From positions 1 to 57,473 of the forward strand of contig JBBIUJ010000002.1 of the NCBI GenBank assembly GCA_037440345.1: a DNA stretch of 57,473 bases, written 5' to 3'. Shown piece by piece: positions 54,845-57,473 of the stretch; within the stretch, counting starts at the first letter, position 1, and the number at the start of each line of letters is the position of its first letter. Position numbers and translations under genes: made by a program. Origin of the DNA: Prolixibacter sp. (GTDB lineage: Bacteria > Bacteroidota > Bacteroidia > Bacteroidales > Prolixibacteraceae). The notes under the pieces are model-generated. The model was not told the origin of the DNA and made no database searches. It was given only the letters and a program-made list of their open reading frames with translations.

Positions 54845-56014
54845 ATGGATTCCAATCAAAGATACATTCGCAGGGGGGTTTCTGCATCCAAAGAGGATGT
54901 GCACAATGCCATCAAAAATATTGATAGAGGGTTGTTTCCAAAGGCATTTTGTAAAATTGTGCCGGATATTCTGGGCAACGATCCGCTCTTTTGCAATGTG
55001 ATGCATGCCGACGGCGCCGGTACAAAATCTGCTTTGGCGTATATGTACTGGAAGGAAACAGGCGATCTTTCGGTATGGAAAGGCATCGCTCAGGATGCCA
55101 TCGTAATGAACCTGGACGATCTAATCTGCGTTGGCGCGATCGAAAATATCCTCCTCTCTTCGACCATCGGACGCAACAAGCAGTTGATCCCCGGAGAGGT
55201 CCTTTCAGCCATTATCCAGGGTACTGAAGAGTTTTGCAGTGAAATGCGCGACCTGGGCATTTCGATCTATCCCACCGGAGGTGAAACAGCCGATGTGGGC
55301 GATTTGGTAAGGACCATCATTGTTGATTCGACCGTTACTTGCCGTATGAAAAGATCGGATGTCATCTCCGCAGATGCCATTCGTCCGGGCAATGTGATCA
55401 TTGGCCTGGCCTCGTTCGGTCAGGCTACATACGAGACCTCTTACAACGGAGGCATGGGCAGCAATGGCCTTACCTCAGCCCGGCACGATGTTTTTTCCAA
55501 ATACCTCGCGGCCAAATATCCTGAAAGTTTTGACGCTTCAGTGCCTGAAGAGCTTGTTTATTCGGGTGGACTTCGTCTGACAGATATGATCGCTTCCATT
55601 GGCGTGGATGCCGGGAAAATGGTGCTCTCCCCAACCCGCACCTATGCCCCAATTGTAAAAAAAGTTTTGGATAGCTGCCGAAAAAATATTTTTGGCATGG
55701 TACATTGTTCCGGAGGCGCCCAAACCAAAGTACTTCATTTTGTGGAAGATGTGCATGTGATCAAAGACAGGCTTTTCGATATTCCCGAACTTTTCAAGGT
55801 CATTCAGCAACAAAGCGGAACCGACTGGCACGAGATGTACAAGGTTTTTAATATGGGACACCGGTTTGAAATCTATGCTGACGCAGAGGCAGCAGGGGAG
55901 ATCATCTCCATCTCAAAATCTTTCGGCATTGATGCTCAGATCATTGGCCGTGTAGAACCATTTACAGGTAAAAAAGTGACCATCGAAAGTCCATTCGGCA
56001 CCTTCGAATATTAG
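54845..56014 (+). CDS. purM: AIR synthase-related protein / phosphoribosylformylglycinamidine cyclo-ligase (Bacteroidota type)
   Basis: HADGAGTKS, DLICVGA and GGETAD PurM-family motifs. The 389 aa length matches the long Bacteroidota form. Confidence 0.8.
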   Translation: MDSNQRYIRRGVSASKEDVHNAIKNIDRGLFPKAFCKIVPDILGNDPLFCNVMHADGAGTKSALAYMYWKETGDLSVWKGIAQDAIVMNLDDLICVGAIENILLSSTIGRNKQLIPGEVLSAIIQGTEEFCSEMRDLGISIYPTGGETADVGDLVRTIIVDSTVTCRMKRSDVISADAIRPGNVIIGLASFGQATYETSYNGGMGSNGLTSARHDVFSKYLAAKYPESFDASVPEELVYSGGLRLTDMIASIGVDAGKMVLSPTRTYAPIVKKVLDSCRKNIFGMVHCSGGAQTKVLHFVEDVHVIKDRLFDIPELFKVIQQQSGTDWHEMYKVFNMGHRFEIYADAEAAGEIISISKSFGIDAQIIGRVEPFTGKKVTIESPFGTFEY

Positions 56015-56096
56015 CTCCCCCAACTTTAGGCACTTTAGTTCACTTTAGTCACTCTAGTCACTTTTTTCTTTCTCAACTTTAAAATACAATAATAGC

Positions 56097-57182
56097 ATGT
56101 CAGATAATTCACTTCTCGAAAAATACGAAGGCATCAAGATACGTTTTGATGAAGTAAGCCAGCAGATATCGGATCCTGAAATCATGAAGGATATGAAGCG
56201 ATACGTCAAACTCAACCAAGAGTACAAACAACTGGATGCTTTGGTGCAATCCTTTACCCGGTACAGAAATTATCTGCAGAATATTGCGGATGCCAGGGAG
56301 ATTCTCGAAAATGAGACCGACGAGGATTTGCGGGAAATGGCAAGGGAAGAGCTGGAAGAGGGCTCCCAGAAGGTGACTGCCTTCGAGGATGAAATCAAAC
56401 TGTTGCTGGTACCGGCCGATCCCGAGGATAGCAAGAACGCCATTCTGGAAATACGAGGCGGGACCGGTGGCGATGAAGCAGCCATCTTTGCCGGCGACCT
56501 CTTCAGGATGTATTCCAAATTTTGCGATCAGATGGGATGGAAACTGGAAGTGACCAATACTTCTGAAGGAACTTCGGGCGGTTACAAAGAGTTGGTTGCC
56601 AAGGTAACAGGGAAAGATGTATATGGAATATTGAAATACGAATCAGGAGTGCACCGCGTACAGCGAGTGCCCCAGACCGAAACACAGGGTCGTATCCATA
56701 CTTCCGCCTCAACTGTGGCGGTATTGCCTGAAGCTGAAGAGTTTGATATCGAACTGAAGGAAACAGACATCCGTAAAGATACATATTGTTCTTCCGGCCC
56801 TGGTGGACAGAGCGTCAATACAACATACTCTGCCATCAGGTTGACGCATATGCCAACCGGGATTGTCGTAACTTGTCAGGATGAGAAATCACAGATCAAG
56901 AACCTGGCCAAGGCGATGTCGGAACTTCGTACCCGGATTTACAATATGGAACACCAGAAATACCTGGATGAGATCGCCTCCAAGCGTAAAACCATGGTTT
57001 CGACCGGCGACCGTTCGGCTAAAATTAGAACGTACAACTATCCCCAGGGAAGAGTGACCGACCATCGTATTGGGTTGACACTCTACAATTTGCCGGCAAT
57101 TATGGATGGAGATATTGGCGAAATCATCGACAAGTTACGGTACGAGGAGAATGTAGAAAGATTAAAAGAAACTGAATTATAA
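56097..57182 (+). CDS. prfA: Peptide chain release factor 1
   Basis: GGQ motif (SGPGGQSVNTT) and RVQRVPQTETQGRIHTSA (P-x-T tripeptide region). Confidence 0.95.
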   Translation: MSDNSLLEKYEGIKIRFDEVSQQISDPEIMKDMKRYVKLNQEYKQLDALVQSFTRYRNYLQNIADAREILENETDEDLREMAREELEEGSQKVTAFEDEIKLLLVPADPEDSKNAILEIRGGTGGDEAAIFAGDLFRMYSKFCDQMGWKLEVTNTSEGTSGGYKELVAKVTGKDVYGILKYESGVHRVQRVPQTETQGRIHTSASTVAVLPEAEEFDIELKETDIRKDTYCSSGPGGQSVNTTYSAIRLTHMPTGIVVTCQDEKSQIKNLAKAMSELRTRIYNMEHQKYLDEIASKRKTMVSTGDRSAKIRTYNYPQGRVTDHRIGLTLYNLPAIMDGDIGEIIDKLRYEENVERLKETEL

Positions 57183-57422
57183 GTTATGAGATATAAGATA
57201 TGAGTTGGCAGCAATGTAAGGGGATTGACACTATACCAATAAGTCTGATTTAAAGCAGCAAAACAGCAACGATTTGGAACGAATAGAAAGGAGAAAAAAG
57301 GGGGAAAGATCTCACTTAAAGTTACAGAAAAAAGTGAAAAAAAGAAGGCTGATTATTAGTATTTTATAATTTAAAGAGCGCGAAGCGTCAACCAACAAAT
57401 TCCTTTGAGACAAAAAGCTGTT

Positions 57423-57441
57423 TGAGCGAAGCCGAAGGCGG
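57423..57441 (+). repeat. 3'-intergenic motif copy (degenerate)
   Basis: TGAGCGAAGCCGAAGGCGG lies downstream of prfA, in sense orientation. Confidence 0.5.
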
Positions 57442-57473
57442 AGTGAGTTCTTTTTGTCAGGTCTTTTTTGGTT

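Noticed and set aside
56032-56076. Tandem 9-10-bp repeats (ACTTTAGGC ACTTTAGTTC ACTTTAGTC ACTCTAGTC ACTTTTTT) considered as a CRISPR or other array
   Set aside because: The units are far too short, with no spacers and no cas genes. It is most likely another low-complexity arm of the intergenic repeat family, or promoter-region AT-rich DNA upstream of prfA.
1-57473. Search for tRNA, rRNA, CRISPR arrays, integrases, transposases and known defence genes
   Set aside because: No cloverleaf-like GTTCGAATC/T-loop contexts were found outside coding frames. No rRNA-like segments, regularly spaced direct repeats or recombinase motifs were found by eye. A proper tRNAscan/Infernal run could still reveal small RNAs.

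Overview
This window looks like a Bacteroidota chromosomal segment. The evidence is SusC-less glycan genes, a PorE-like OmpA lipoprotein, a purM-like AIR synthase of the Bacteroides type, and many lipoprotein or signal peptides. It is gene dense, with about 45 credible CDS. No rRNA, tRNA, CRISPR array, transposase or integrase was recognised.

Content in order:
- Start to 13 kb: a partial Gfo/Idh/MocA oxidoreductase, a beta-propeller lipoprotein, a CN-hydrolase, a Sir2 deacylase, two tandem orphan histidine kinases, an esterase, a large secreted propeller+helical protein and a GH42 beta-galactosidase.
- 13.5-20.9 kb: a caa3-type cytochrome c oxidase operon (Tat FeS protein, cytochrome c, SCO, CoxI, CoxIII, CoxIV, CoxII-cyt c, heme O synthase), ending with a translationally coupled rhaM.
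- 20.9-27.3 kb: a cupin, GH127, a paralog of the large secreted protein, a DUF1080 protein and glutathione peroxidase.
- 27.8-36 kb: housekeeping genes. These are dnaX (split at an A10 run), icd, ferritin, secA and lgt.
- 36.5-44.6 kb: the most unusual locus. It has a near-consensus sigma-54 promoter and a 4-gene operon. The operon encodes a PstS-like/TM/GcvH-like fusion, a HybA/NrfC-like Tat 4x[4Fe-4S] protein, an NrfD/HybB-like membrane protein and a second TM/GcvH-like paralog. No catalytic subunit is encoded. A sensor kinase with a periplasmic CxxCH motif and a sigma-54-dependent response regulator follow.
- 44.8 kb to the end: an archaemetzincin, an SGNH-esterase/GH-like fusion, a methyltransferase, prfC, a RelE/antitoxin pair, cyclophilin, a PorE-like protein, purM and prfA.

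Intergenic regions carry an orientation-consistent 3'-end motif family (TCCCTGAGCGAAGTCGAAGGG-like). They also carry long palindromes with low-complexity arms.

All functional calls rest on motif recognition by eye. No database search was run.
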